From positions 5,466-69,465 of the forward strand of contig JBKDZP010000004.1 in assembly GCA_047971315.1 (NCBI GenBank): a DNA stretch of 64,000 nucleotides, given 5' to 3'. Shown in pieces: positions 47,976 to 57,827 of this stretch. Made by a program: the position numbers and the translations under genes. Origin of the DNA: Bacilli bacterium (GTDB taxonomy: Bacteria > Bacillota_I > Bacilli_A > RF39 > UBA660). The notes below the pieces were generated by a model. The model worked only from the letters and a program-made list of their open reading frames with translations. It did not search any database and was not told the DNA's origin. The first letter of the stretch is position 1, and each line of letters starts with the position of its first letter.

Positions 47976-48046
47976 GTTTTATCACCTTTATTTATTATAA
48001 CAAAAAATAAGAAAATATCAAAGATTTCCTTATTATGTTTTAATTT

Positions 48047-48544
48047 TTATTTAAATATTTCAATTAATTGTTCCAAATTGTTGATTTCATTTATATTAAG
48101 ATCAGTTTTTTTATCTGGTAAGAATTGTATTGCTATTCCTCCACTTGATTTCCAATCAATAATATTTTCAATTCTGTCATCTACTAAAATTGCATCTTTA
48201 GCATTAACCATTTGTGGTTTTTTAAATACTTTAGGAACTCCAATTATTGGAATTTCCTTGATACTTTTTCTAATAAACTTTGTTTTATATATAAGTTCTT
48301 CTAGACTATTCATATGAGTTAAAATACTTATATTAAAAAATTTAGATTCGATTAATTTTTTTATATTTTCAATACTATTATTTATTTCACTACTTTGTGA
48401 AATCATTTTATCCCAGTCTATATTTTTATAATACTCTTCTTTTTTTTCAAAATCATCTTGTATTTTTAAGTCTTCAATATCTTTGTTCATAAAATTTACT
48501 GTATTTAATATAACTCCATCGAAGTCAATATATAATTGTTTCAT
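48047..48544 (-). CDS. HAD-superfamily small hydrolase, 5'(3')-deoxyribonucleotidase-like (tandem paralog 1).
   Basis: 165 aa. HAD motif I LYIDFDGVI and an aspartate motif ILVDD. Confidence 0.5.
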   Translation of the reverse strand: MKQLYIDFDGVILNTVNFMNKDIEDLKIQDDFEKKEEYYKNIDWDKMISQSSEINNSIENIKKLIESKFFNISILTHMNSLEELIYKTKFIRKSIKEIPIIGVPKVFKKPQMVNAKDAILVDDRIENIIDWKSSGGIAIQFLPDKKTDLNINEINNLEQLIEIFK

Positions 48545-48560
48545 TTTTTACCTCTTCTAT

Positions 48561-49058
48561 TTAAGTTACTATATCTAATATTTGGTCTAAACTATCAATT
48601 ACTTTAAATCCTTTACCAGCTAGTTTGGTTGAAAAACATATTCCAATACCACCTTGTTTTTCCCATTCTATTAAATTACCATCAAAATCATCAATTAATA
48701 TTGCATCTTTTGAGTCAACAATATCAGTTTTATTTAATTCTTTAGGAACTAGAATTACCGTTAAATTATTTATTTTACTTTTGATATATTTTATTTTTGC
48801 GGTTGCTTCATTAATTGATAGTACATGAGTTAAAATACTTATTTCAAATAATTTACTATCGATTAATTTTTGAATATTTTTAATGCTATTATTAATTTGT
48901 TCTGATTTTTTGATGAAAGCATTCCAATTTAAACTTTTATAAAATTCGTGACATTTATTATAGTCTTTTGTACTTATACCAAGTTCTTGTAATTTTTTAT
49001 ATGACGGTGAAATTGTATCTAGTATAACACCATCAAAATCAATGTATAATTTTTTCAT
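48561..49058 (-). CDS. HAD-superfamily small hydrolase, 5'(3')-deoxyribonucleotidase-like (tandem paralog 2).
   Basis: 165 aa. LYIDFDGVILDT and ILIDD. It is colinear with its neighbour along the full length, so the pair is a tandem duplication. Confidence 0.5.
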   Translation of the reverse strand: MKKLYIDFDGVILDTISPSYKKLQELGISTKDYNKCHEFYKSLNWNAFIKKSEQINNSIKNIQKLIDSKLFEISILTHVLSINEATAKIKYIKSKINNLTVILVPKELNKTDIVDSKDAILIDDFDGNLIEWEKQGGIGICFSTKLAGKGFKVIDSLDQILDIVT

Positions 49059-49133
49059 TCTATCACCAAGTAAAGTTTATCACGAACATTTGTATTTGTC
49101 TATAGTTTTTGAAAAAAATAATCAAATTTTTGA

Positions 49134-49670
49134 TTATTTTAATGCATCGATTAATTCTGATTTTTTCATGGTAGAAGCACCTGAAATATTAGCTGTTTTA
49201 GCTAATTCTCTTAATTCAGCTACAGTTTTTGAAGAAAGATCAGTTGTTTCATTATTTTCTACTGATTTTTTTTCAACTTTTTCTTCTACTTTAGTTTCAA
49301 CTTTTGTAGTTTTACCATTTAATGCAGTATTTGCTAAATTAACAAATTCTGTAAATGCAACTTTATTATCAATTGCTATTTCAGATAACATTTTACGGTT
49401 GATACTAATTCCTGCTTTGCTTAATCCATTAATGAATTTTGAATAACTAATGTTATTTTCTCTACAAGCAGCATTAATTATTGTAATCCATAATTTTCTG
49501 AAATCTCTTTTCTTTTGTCTTCTATCTCTATATGCATATTTTAATGAATGCATTACTTGTTCTTTTGCAGTTCTATATAATCTATGTTTACTACCAAAGT
49601 AACCTTTTGCTAATTTCATTACTTTTTTACGTCTTGCGTGATGAACTGATCCACCTTTAACTCTTGCCAT
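49134..49670 (-). CDS. rplT: 50S ribosomal protein L20 with an unusual ~60-aa C-terminal extension containing a Rho_N/SAP-like helix.
   Basis: The L20 core is [42 protein letters not shown]...[25 protein letters not shown]-rich linker follows, then [30 protein letters not shown]. Confidence 0.85.
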   Translation of the reverse strand: MARVKGGSVHHARRKKVMKLAKGYFGSKHRLYRTAKEQVMHSLKYAYRDRRQKKRDFRKLWITIINAACRENNISYSKFINGLSKAGISINRKMLSEIAIDNKVAFTEFVNLANTALNGKTTKVETKVEEKVEKKSVENNETTDLSSKTVAELRELAKTANISGASTMKKSELIDALK

Positions 49671-49688
49671 GTTTTTCCTCCTTTAAAA

Positions 49689-49883
49689 CTATTTTCCTAT
49701 TATATCCTTTATTCTTGAATAATCAGCACTTGATAATAATGAACCTGCTCTACCTGTTCTATTAGATGCAGCATTCTTTTTACCAGTATTATGTCTTGTA
49801 CCTGCTTTTCCAATTTTAATTGTTCCACCTGGTCTTACTTTACAAACTTTAGCAGTACCTTTGTGTGTCTTCATTTTTGGCAT
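49689..49883 (-). CDS. rpmI: 50S ribosomal protein L35.
   Basis: Starts MPKMKTHKGTAKV, 64 aa and basic. It sits between infC and rplT. AGGAGG ribosome-binding site. Confidence 0.8.
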   Translation of the reverse strand: MPKMKTHKGTAKVCKVRPGGTIKIGKAGTRHNTGKKNAASNRTGRAGSLLSSADYSRIKDIIGK

Positions 49884-49894
49884 ATAAATTCCTC

Positions 49895-50443
49895 CTATTT
49901 TTCCTTCTTTGGCGTTAGCATCATTGTCATAAATCTACCATCTAATGATGGTTTTTGTTCGATAACAGCTATATCTTCTACAGCTGAAGCGAAACGTTGT
50001 AATACTTCTCTTCCTAATTCAGGATGAGCCATTTCTCTTCCTTTAAAACGAATTGATACTTTTACTTTATGACCTTTTTCTAATTACTTTGATGAGTTAC
50101 AAACGCGTGTTTCAAAATCATGTTTATCAATTGCAACTGAAAGTCGATATTCTTTAACTTCAAGATTGCTTTCTCTTTGTTTTTTCATGTTTTCTTTTTG
50201 TTTTTTCTTGTTTTCATATTTAAATTTGCTATAATCCATAATTTTACAAACTTGTGGATTAGCACTTTGGTTAATTAAAACAAGATCAAATCCTGCATAA
50301 CCAGCTAAAGTTAATGCATCTTTAATTGGTTTCACACCTAATTGTTCTCCTTTAGGTCCTATTACCATTACTTCTCTTGCACGTATTTGTTCATTTATGT
50401 ACATATCTTTTTCTCTATTATTTGCGATACCTGACACCTCCAT
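49895..50443 (-). CDS. infC: Translation initiation factor IF-3, interrupted by one in-frame TAA at 50083-50085. The start codon is uncertain: an in-frame ATG at 50441-50443, or a non-AUG start at ATC 50426-50428 preceded by GGAGGTG.
   Basis: The product reads ...[24 protein letters not shown]...[84 protein letters not shown]. Both halves align to IF-3 (B. subtilis ...[37 protein letters not shown]...), and the stop replaces the conserved F of KFLEKG. Confidence 0.7.
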
Positions 50444-50609
50444 TAAAAAAAGTGAACACACAGTATCCACTTATAACCATAGTATCTTATTGTATAAAGA
50501 TTATTTGGCTGTATACCCAAAGCTTATGCAATCGGGTGAGAAGTGGATCTTCTTCTTTCCTTTTTTTAAATTTCTTCTATATTATACATATTAATATTAT
50601 GTTTGTCAA
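50443..50609 (-). promoter_or_regulatory. Promoter and 5' leader of the infC-rpmI-rplT operon, with a candidate terminator/antiterminator attenuator (L20-type autoregulation).
   Basis: On the minus strand: TTGACA (50604-50609), an exact 17-nt spacer, TATAAT (50581-50586). In the leader, GATCCACTT can pair with AAGTGGATA. That pairing competes with the hairpin AAGTG-GATACTGTGTGT-TCACTT followed by a T7 run just before the ribosome-binding site. Confidence 0.4.
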
Positions 50610-50610
50610 C

Positions 50611-51504
50611 TTATTTTATGTTATTTTTATATACTGATGTTTTAACTTTAGATTTTTTAATATCTTCCTCATTAGTAGTATTATCTATTTTATAAATTTC
50701 TTCATAATCTTCTAATTTATTTAGTACATTTTCAAATGTTTCTTTATTATTATAATCAGATTCAACCATATAGTTTTGAATAATTGAAAAAATAAGTTGC
50801 AATCTTTTTGAAGCATATTTTAATGATTCTTTATTTTGAAAATACGCAGCCAATACTACTTCTTTATCATCTTTAAATTTTTTTATAACAATATCTAGTG
50901 CATTTCCATCTTGTTTTACTACTTCTAAAACTACATCTTTATCATTTCTTAATTCTTTTGAAACATACCAATATAAATATGCATCTTGTTTTACTACTTT
51001 CAATACTACTTCTTTATTATTTTTTATTTCATATGATGCAGCAGTAAAATTATGGCAGTTTTGGTATATTCTTTCCATTATTATATCATCATCAAAACGT
51101 ATTCTGCATGAAGAAAACTCACCTGCTTGCTCATTTTGTTTTACTGCTTCCAATACTACTTCTTTAACATTTCGAAATATTGCTGCAAATTCTAATGCAA
51201 GTCCATTTTGCCTTACCGCTGCTAATACTACTTCTTTATCTTTTCTTAGTTCAATTGATGCATGTTTTAATGCAAGTCCATTTTGCTTTACCGCTGCTAA
51301 CACTACTTCTTTATCTTTTCTTAGTTCAATTGATGCATATTTTATTGCAAGTCCATTTTGCTTTACCGCTATTAATATTATTTCTTTATCATTTTTTATT
51401 TCTAGTGTTTGGTTTAATAAGTTTGACCAATCTTCTTTAACTCTCTCTATAGCTTTCTTTCTTTTTTCATCATAATAAAGCATATCATTTCCCCCTAAAC
51501 GCAT
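50611..51504 (-). CDS. DUF4116 repeat protein.
   Basis: Reiterated 22-aa units of the form KEVVLAAVKQNGLALKHASIELRKD. Confidence 0.6.
   Translation of the reverse strand: MRLGGNDMLYYDEKRKKAIERVKEDWSNLLNQTLEIKNDKEIILIAVKQNGLAIKYASIELRKDKEVVLAAVKQNGLALKHASIELRKDKEVVLAAVRQNGLALEFAAIFRNVKEVVLEAVKQNEQAGEFSSCRIRFDDDIIMERIYQNCHNFTAASYEIKNNKEVVLKVVKQDAYLYWYVSKELRNDKDVVLEVVKQDGNALDIVIKKFKDDKEVVLAAYFQNKESLKYASKRLQLIFSIIQNYMVESDYNNKETFENVLNKLEDYEEIYKIDNTTNEEDIKKSKVKTSVYKNNIK
51180..51440. repeat. Tandem repeats of about 66 bp (four or more units) inside the DUF4116 gene.
   Basis: A near-identical repeat unit beginning at 51180-51245 (…gcaagtccattttgc(c/t)ttaccgctgctaa(t/c)actacttctttatcttttcttagttcaattgatgca…); the antisense ORF 51180-51440 shows the 22-aa periodicity. 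Confidence 0.7.
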
Positions 51505-51713
51505 ATACTATAGCAAAATTTATTTTAGATGTCAATATTTTTTTATCCAATCTACCAAGAGAATATTTTTAACTTGATCAAACAATTACAATATTTATAT
51601 AATATAAAAAAACATAATCCAATTTCTTATAAAGGATTATATGTTTTTTATATCAAACTCAATTTACATATTAATATTAAATTTGATAACTAGCTTTATG
51701 TTATTTATATCTA

Positions 51714-52988
51714 TTAATTTTTTTTAAGTTTTGACACATACTTTATCTTATTTTTTTTATTTAATAATTTATTAACAGCAAACATAACTCCAATTTTACC
51801 ATATTCATAAGTAAGGCCGCCTTGTTGATAAGCTATAAAAGGACTTCTTAAAGGTCCATCACAACTTAGTTCAATTGAAGATCCTTGTGTAAAACTACCA
51901 GATGCCATTATTACTTTGTCATCATAGCCAGGCATTTCCCAAGGAAATGGTAATGCATGAGCATCTATTGGTGAACCAGCTTGAATTCCTTGACAATATA
52001 ATACTAAATCAGTTTCATTTTTAAATATTATATTTTGAACTATGTCAGTTCTGTCTTCATTATATTTAGGTTCTACATCATATCCTATATTTTCCATTAC
52101 TTTGCTTGTTATTATAGCAGTTTTTAAACTACTTCCTACAACACTTGGAGCCATAAATAGTCCTTGTAATAGTGATTTATTTATTCCTAAACTTGGTCCT
52201 ACCTCTTTACCTTCTCCTGGTATAGTTAGTCTTTCACTTGCTAGTTTTACCAATTCTTTTTTACCAGCTATATATGCTCCATTAGGGGCAATTCCAGCTC
52301 CTAGATTTTTAATTAATGAACCAACAATTATATCTGCTCCAACACTTAATGGTTCATTTTTATTCACAAATTCACAGTAACAATTATCAACCATTATAAT
52401 TACTTCTTTATCTATTTTTCTAATTTTATATATTACTTGTTTTACTTTTTCTAAAGATAAACTTTTTCTTGTTGAATATCCTTTAGATCTTTGTATTTCA
52501 ATTACCTTTATTTTATTATTTTTCAGATGTTGTTGTATTTTTTCAATATCAAAATTATCATCTATTAATTCTATTTGTTGATAATTAATATTAAATGATT
52601 TTAGAGAACTTTTATTTTCTTTAATACCTATTACTTCATCTAATGTATCATATGGCTTTCCTGTTATACTAAGAAGTGTATCGCTTGGTCTTAAGAATGC
52701 GAATAATGCCACTGTAAGAGCATGTGATCCTGATATAAACTGATTTCTAACTAAACAGTCTTCTGCACCTAATACTTTAGCAAATACTTTTTCTATTGTA
52801 TCTCTTCCAATATCACCATATCCATAACCTGTAGTTGAATTAAAGTGTGTTTCTGAGATTTTAAATTCATGAAAGGCATTAATTACTTTTAAACTTTGAT
52901 ACTCAACTAATTCATCTATTTTTTTGAATTCTTTTTGAATTTCATTTTCAGCTAAATTAAATAAATTTATTATTTCATCATTTATCAT
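51714..52988 (-). CDS. PLP-dependent YnbB / aluminium-resistance-family protein (methionine gamma-lyase-like).
   Basis: 424 aa. The N-terminal pattern FHEFKISETHFNSTTGYGYGDIGRDTIEKVFAKVLGAEDCLVRNQFISGSHAL matches the YnbB family. Confidence 0.55.
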   Translation of the reverse strand: MINDEIINLFNLAENEIQKEFKKIDELVEYQSLKVINAFHEFKISETHFNSTTGYGYGDIGRDTIEKVFAKVLGAEDCLVRNQFISGSHALTVALFAFLRPSDTLLSITGKPYDTLDEVIGIKENKSSLKSFNINYQQIELIDDNFDIEKIQQHLKNNKIKVIEIQRSKGYSTRKSLSLEKVKQVIYKIRKIDKEVIIMVDNCYCEFVNKNEPLSVGADIIVGSLIKNLGAGIAPNGAYIAGKKELVKLASERLTIPGEGKEVGPSLGINKSLLQGLFMAPSVVGSSLKTAIITSKVMENIGYDVEPKYNEDRTDIVQNIIFKNETDLVLYCQGIQAGSPIDAHALPFPWEMPGYDDKVIMASGSFTQGSSIELSCDGPLRSPFIAYQQGGLTYEYGKIGVMFAVNKLLNKKNKIKYVSKLKKN

Positions 52989-53731
52989 TAATATGTTCCT
53001 CCATCTACTACAATTATTTGATTATTTATGTAACTTGCATCATCACTTACAAGAAACTTTACTACTTTAGCAATTTCTTCTTCTTTTCCATATCTTTTTA
53101 AAAATATCTTTTGTTCTTCTAACTCAATAAATTCTTTATCCATATTTTTTAATTCATTATTTGTTCCAATAAATCCTGGTGCTACAGCATTTACATTTAT
53201 ATATGGCGCAAATTGAAGAGATATATTATGAGTTAATGAATTAATACCAGATTTTGATGCATCATAGTCAAGACACATTGGATAATATTTATTTATACCA
53301 TTAGTTGATGATATATTTACAATTTTACCAAATTTATTTTTATACATTATATCTCCAATATATTTACTTACTAAGAATGTTCCTACAAGATTTGTTTCAA
53401 GTATTTTCATAAAATTTTCTTTTGTTTTATCAAAAAATAATGTATCAATTGCTATTCCTGCATTATTTACTAAAATATCTACTTTACCAAATTTATCAAT
53501 TATTTTATTTACCATTTCTTTTATTTCTAATTCACTACTAATATCACATTTTACTATAAAACATTCTACATTATAAGTATTTATAACATGTTTTTTCAAA
53601 TCTTCAGCACTTTTTTGATCAGTATTATAGTTTATTACTACATTACATTTTGAACCTGCAAGTTCTTTTATAATAGTACTTCCAATTCCTTTACTAGATC
53701 CTGTTACGAGTGCTACTTTACCTTCTAACAT
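52988..53731 (-). CDS. Short-chain dehydrogenase/reductase (3-oxoacyl-ACP reductase FabG-like).
   Basis: GKVALVTGSSKGIGSTI Rossmann motif, NNAG, and a catalytic S...YxxxK pattern (YDASKSG). Confidence 0.75.
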   Translation of the reverse strand: MLEGKVALVTGSSKGIGSTIIKELAGSKCNVVINYNTDQKSAEDLKKHVINTYNVECFIVKCDISSELEIKEMVNKIIDKFGKVDILVNNAGIAIDTLFFDKTKENFMKILETNLVGTFLVSKYIGDIMYKNKFGKIVNISSTNGINKYYPMCLDYDASKSGINSLTHNISLQFAPYINVNAVAPGFIGTNNELKNMDKEFIELEEQKIFLKRYGKEEEIAKVVKFLVSDDASYINNQIIVVDGGTY

Positions 53732-53817
53732 GATTCACCTCATTATTTCATATATAAATTGTATCATAAAAATTTATATTAATATATTATTAATTTCTAA
53801 GTATTAAAAAAAGAGCA

Positions 53818-54375
53818 CTATGCTCTTGATGAATATTTTCCATCAGCTGATGTAACTAGGATTTTTTCACCTTGTTCAATAAATAAAGGAACTCTTACTA
53901 AAAGACCAGTTTCTACATATGCGTCTTTTTGAGCGTTATTTGTAGTATTTCCTTTTACAGCTGGTTCAGTTGTTACTATTGTAAATTCAACTTTATCTGG
54001 TAAAATTACACCTAGTAATTCTCCTTGGAAAAATGAAACTGTAACCATCATATTGTCTATTAGATAAAATTTATCATCGCCTAGTTGTTCATCTGTCAAT
54101 TCAAATTGTTCATATGATTCCATATTCATAAAATAATAATCAGTTCCAGTATTATATAAATATTGGACTGTTTTTTTATCAATATTTGCTTTTTCAAATT
54201 TAATATTTGTATTGAATGTTCTTTCTAATGTTGAACCATTTTTTAAGTTTTTAATTTTAGTTTTCATAAAAGCTGAACCTTTTCCTGGTTTAACATGTAA
54301 AAATTCAATTACTTGAAAAATATTTCCTTCAATGATTAAAGTCATTCCAGTTTTAATATCGTTTACTTCTATCAT
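53818..54375 (-). CDS. efp: Elongation factor P.
   Basis: 185 aa. MIEVNDIKTGMTLIIEGNIFQVIEFLHVKPGKGSAFMKTKIKNLKNGS, where KPGKG carries the modified lysine. Confidence 0.9.
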   Translation of the reverse strand: MIEVNDIKTGMTLIIEGNIFQVIEFLHVKPGKGSAFMKTKIKNLKNGSTLERTFNTNIKFEKANIDKKTVQYLYNTGTDYYFMNMESYEQFELTDEQLGDDKFYLIDNMMVTVSFFQGELLGVILPDKVEFTIVTTEPAVKGNTTNNAQKDAYVETGLLVRVPLFIEQGEKILVTSADGKYSSRA

Positions 54376-54400
54376 ATTATCTTCCTTTTTTTATATATTT

Positions 54401-54568
54401 TTATTTTTCTTCCTTATGTGCTGTATGTTGTTGACATCTTGAACAATATTTACTTAGTTCTAGACGTGTTGGTGTATTTCTTTTATTTTTTGGAGTACGA
54501 TAATTTTTTTCTCCACATACTGTACATTTTAATGTAATATTTTCTCTTGCTTCACCTTTTTTTGCCAT
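54401..54568 (-). CDS. rpmG: 50S ribosomal protein L33 (55 aa), not in the ORF table.
   Basis: GGAGGAAGAAAC-ATG, product [55 protein letters not shown], with four Cys forming a zinc ribbon. Confidence 0.85.
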   Translation of the reverse strand: MAKKGEARENITLKCTVCGEKNYRTPKNKRNTPTRLELSKYCSRCQQHTAHKEEK

Positions 54569-54645
54569 GTTTCTTCCTCCTTTTTTAACGCATTGTCTAT
54601 ATTATAACAAAAAATACATTTTTTTTAAATATATTTTTATCTTTT

Positions 54646-55695
54646 TTATAAAATACTTTCTTTTTTTATAAAATTCTTGTTATTTAATTCATTATCATAG
54701 TTTAAAATATACTCTTCATAATTTGCTTTATTTACATCAAATTTTTGGTATAATTCAGTTATCATATCTAATCTATCTTGATTTAGTTGTATTTTAGATG
54801 ACTTTATAAAATTATAATTTTCATTTAAAATTTTTCCAACATACTTTTGATCAATTAATAATAATTGTGCTTTAATATATAATTGAAGTAAATAACTTTG
54901 AAATTTTTCTTCATCTGTTTTTATATTACAAATTAATAAATTTTTTTGATAATTTGTAATCTCAGAATATGCAACTTCATTTATTTCTTCTTTATAAATG
55001 GATGGATCAACATAATAATATTTTAATAAATTGTTACTAATTTTTTTAGGATTTGGTATTTTACCATTTTGTAAGAAACTATTTTCTAAAAAATTATATG
55101 TTGATATTAAGTTATATTTAAATAGAATTAAATCTTTTTTGAAATTACATTCTGATTTTTTTAGTTCATCATCAATTAAATATACAATTACTCTTATTTT
55201 TTCTATTTTATATAAAAATGGAATCATAACTCTATTTTCAAAATTAAATATTTTAGTATATTCTGTTTCTAAACTTATTGGATCTTTTGCCAATCTCTTA
55301 AGATTTTCTTTTGTTAAATCCGTTGTACCAAGCTTTTTCATAGTTTCTTTAAAATATTTTCGATTAATCATATGATCAAAATTGAGATTTGTTGTTATTT
55401 CTTTTAAATATCTAGATGATTCTGTTAAATCTATTAGTTCTGTTAAATCTGGTTGATTTTTTTGATTTATTTTATTGTCGATTTTTATTTTTAATTTTAC
55501 TTTACTTTCATCATCTAATTTTCTATACGATTTATTTAATATTTCTACACATAAATTTATATATTCTAACTCTTTAGTAATACTTTGTCCTTTAAATTCT
55601 TTAATAGCTAAATTATTATAATATTCATTTTTCAATTTAGTTGTTTTAATAATAGTATCAAATATTTGATTTAAATTACTTTCTTGTTTTTCCAC
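54646..55695 (-). CDS. Hypothetical protein.
   Basis: A 349-aa ORF with no recognised motif. Confidence 0.35.
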   Translation of the reverse strand: MEKQESNLNQIFDTIIKTTKLKNEYYNNLAIKEFKGQSITKELEYINLCVEILNKSYRKLDDESKVKLKIKIDNKINQKNQPDLTELIDLTESSRYLKEITTNLNFDHMINRKYFKETMKKLGTTDLTKENLKRLAKDPISLETEYTKIFNFENRVMIPFLYKIEKIRVIVYLIDDELKKSECNFKKDLILFKYNLISTYNFLENSFLQNGKIPNPKKISNNLLKYYYVDPSIYKEEINEVAYSEITNYQKNLLICNIKTDEEKFQSYLLQLYIKAQLLLIDQKYVGKILNENYNFIKSSKIQLNQDRLDMITELYQKFDVNKANYEEYILNYDNELNNKNFIKKESIL

Positions 55696-55748
55696 ACAAT
55701 CACCTCACGTAGGTGATATAATAACACAATTTCTTATTTTTTCAACAA

Positions 55749-57827
55749 TTATTTGTTATAAATTTTAAAATAAGCATCACTTATTTTTTTAGAAATTCTT
55801 TTATTTACATATGATTGATATGTACTATTTTTATTATATGTGTAAACGTTTGGAGAAATTACTGTAAATGTTACTTTAGGATTATCATATGGGGCATATC
55901 CAACAAATGTAGTTGTTACAGTTTCTGTATCAATTTTACCATCATTATTTGTATCAACAAAGCTTTGACTTGTTCCAGTTTTTCCTGCTGGATTATATAT
56001 TTTATCAATATATCCAGACCCCGTTCCACCAGTTTTCATTACTTCTATAAAACCTTCTTTTACTCTATTTAAATATTGATTTTCAGTATTAACGGTATTT
56101 AAAATAACAGTATTTTGTTCTAATATTTTATTTGTCAAATTACTAGAACTACTATAAACTGATTTTAATAAATGAGGTTTTAGTCTATTTCCACCACTAG
56201 CTATTGTCGAAATATACTGTGATAATTGAATTGGAGTATAGTTATCATATTGTCCAATAGTAAAATCAAGTAATAAACCAGATGAATCATTTTTGCCAAT
56301 CAAGCCTACACTTTCATTTGGCAAATCAATTCCTGTTTTTACTCCTAATCCAAATTCATTAAATGTTGTTCTATAAATATTAAAAATTTGTTCATTCACT
56401 TTAAGTCCACCATTATATACATAATTTATTCCAGCTACTTTCATTGCTGTATAAAATTGATATGTATTTGATGAATATTTTAAGGCAGTAATATCATTTA
56501 ATAATCCCAAATATTTCCATGAACATTTTAAATTTGTAGAAGCTAATTTAACACAGTTATCATATCTTTGTTCACCAATTACTAAAGCATTATTATTATA
56601 ACCTACAATATGTGATGCTCCTTTTACAACAGATCCTACTGTGACTGCTTCATTTATAATTCCGGTTGTATAATCGTATATTTGATAGTTACCAGCATTA
56701 TAAACTATTTGTTTACCAGCCATCGCTAGAATTTCCCCGTTGTTTGGATCAGTTATAATTACAAATGAATGATTATAGTTTTCTGTATTTGGTTCTAATT
56801 TTGCTTTTATTAATTCTTCTTCAAGTATTTCTTCTACTTGTTTTTGTAATTCAATATCGATAGTTAATACTAAATCATTTCCCCTACTACCAGTTGATAC
56901 CAAAGTTTGATTTCCGTTTGCTTCTATTTGATAAGTATTTTTAGTTCCTTTTAAATATTTATCATAATAGTATTCTAAGTAGCTTATTCCTACTCTGTCA
57001 TTTAGAGTATAACCTTCTTTTAAATAATATTCTTTTAGTTCAAATGGAATACCAGATTCTCCTGATACTGTTCCAATAATAGATTTAAACACACTATCAT
57101 ATACATAACTTCTATTCCAGTCCAATCTAGTGTTTATTCCATTAAGTTCATTAGCCTTAATAGATATAATAGCGTATTCTTCATCAGTTACATTTTCACT
57201 TTTAATTATCTTTTCAGAATACGAATAACCTTTATTCATAAGTGTATAAATATATATAGCTTTAAGGTCAGTATCAGTATAATTTAAATCTTGATTATTT
57301 ATTCTATCTAATTTTAAGTTTTCAATTTCTTCGGATGTTATTTTTCTATTTTTTAAATCTTCATATTCTTCTTTAGTTATTTTGTTATAAGCTAAATCTG
57401 GATTACTTTTAATCCAAAATATTTTTATATTTAGAGTTGTAAGTTTAGAATAATCTAACTCTATTAAAGTAGATAATGTGTATGCCAGTTTTATTTCTTC
57501 TTTATTTGTTATACTAGTGTTTTTTTTATAGTAAATTACTTTAGTTGGTATATTATCAACAATTAATTGAAAATTTCTATCATAAATTCTACCTCTAGGA
57601 GCAGTACTTCCTTCGATTAAAGTTTTTGTAAGTTCAATAATTTTAGATTTATAAGTATCTTGATTTATTATTTGAATATTAAATAATGTTACAAACAATA
57701 AAATTATTAGTGTCATTATTATTTTAATTAATATATTATATCTTTTTTCAATTGTTTTTTTTAGATTTCTTTTTTTATTTAATGATTTAGATTGATTTTT
57801 TACTTTGTGTTTTTTTATAAATTTCAT
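55749..57827 (-). CDS. Class B penicillin-binding protein (PBP2/SpoVD-type transpeptidase).
   Basis: 692 aa. N-terminal membrane anchor and a dimerisation domain. The transpeptidase domain has SxxK (TVGSVVK), SxN and KTGT (AGKTGTSQ). Confidence 0.8.
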   Translation of the reverse strand: MKFIKKHKVKNQSKSLNKKRNLKKTIEKRYNILIKIIMTLIILLFVTLFNIQIINQDTYKSKIIELTKTLIEGSTAPRGRIYDRNFQLIVDNIPTKVIYYKKNTSITNKEEIKLAYTLSTLIELDYSKLTTLNIKIFWIKSNPDLAYNKITKEEYEDLKNRKITSEEIENLKLDRINNQDLNYTDTDLKAIYIYTLMNKGYSYSEKIIKSENVTDEEYAIISIKANELNGINTRLDWNRSYVYDSVFKSIIGTVSGESGIPFELKEYYLKEGYTLNDRVGISYLEYYYDKYLKGTKNTYQIEANGNQTLVSTGSRGNDLVLTIDIELQKQVEEILEEELIKAKLEPNTENYNHSFVIITDPNNGEILAMAGKQIVYNAGNYQIYDYTTGIINEAVTVGSVVKGASHIVGYNNNALVIGEQRYDNCVKLASTNLKCSWKYLGLLNDITALKYSSNTYQFYTAMKVAGINYVYNGGLKVNEQIFNIYRTTFNEFGLGVKTGIDLPNESVGLIGKNDSSGLLLDFTIGQYDNYTPIQLSQYISTIASGGNRLKPHLLKSVYSSSSNLTNKILEQNTVILNTVNTENQYLNRVKEGFIEVMKTGGTGSGYIDKIYNPAGKTGTSQSFVDTNNDGKIDTETVTTTFVGYAPYDNPKVTFTVISPNVYTYNKNSTYQSYVNKRISKKISDAYFKIYNK

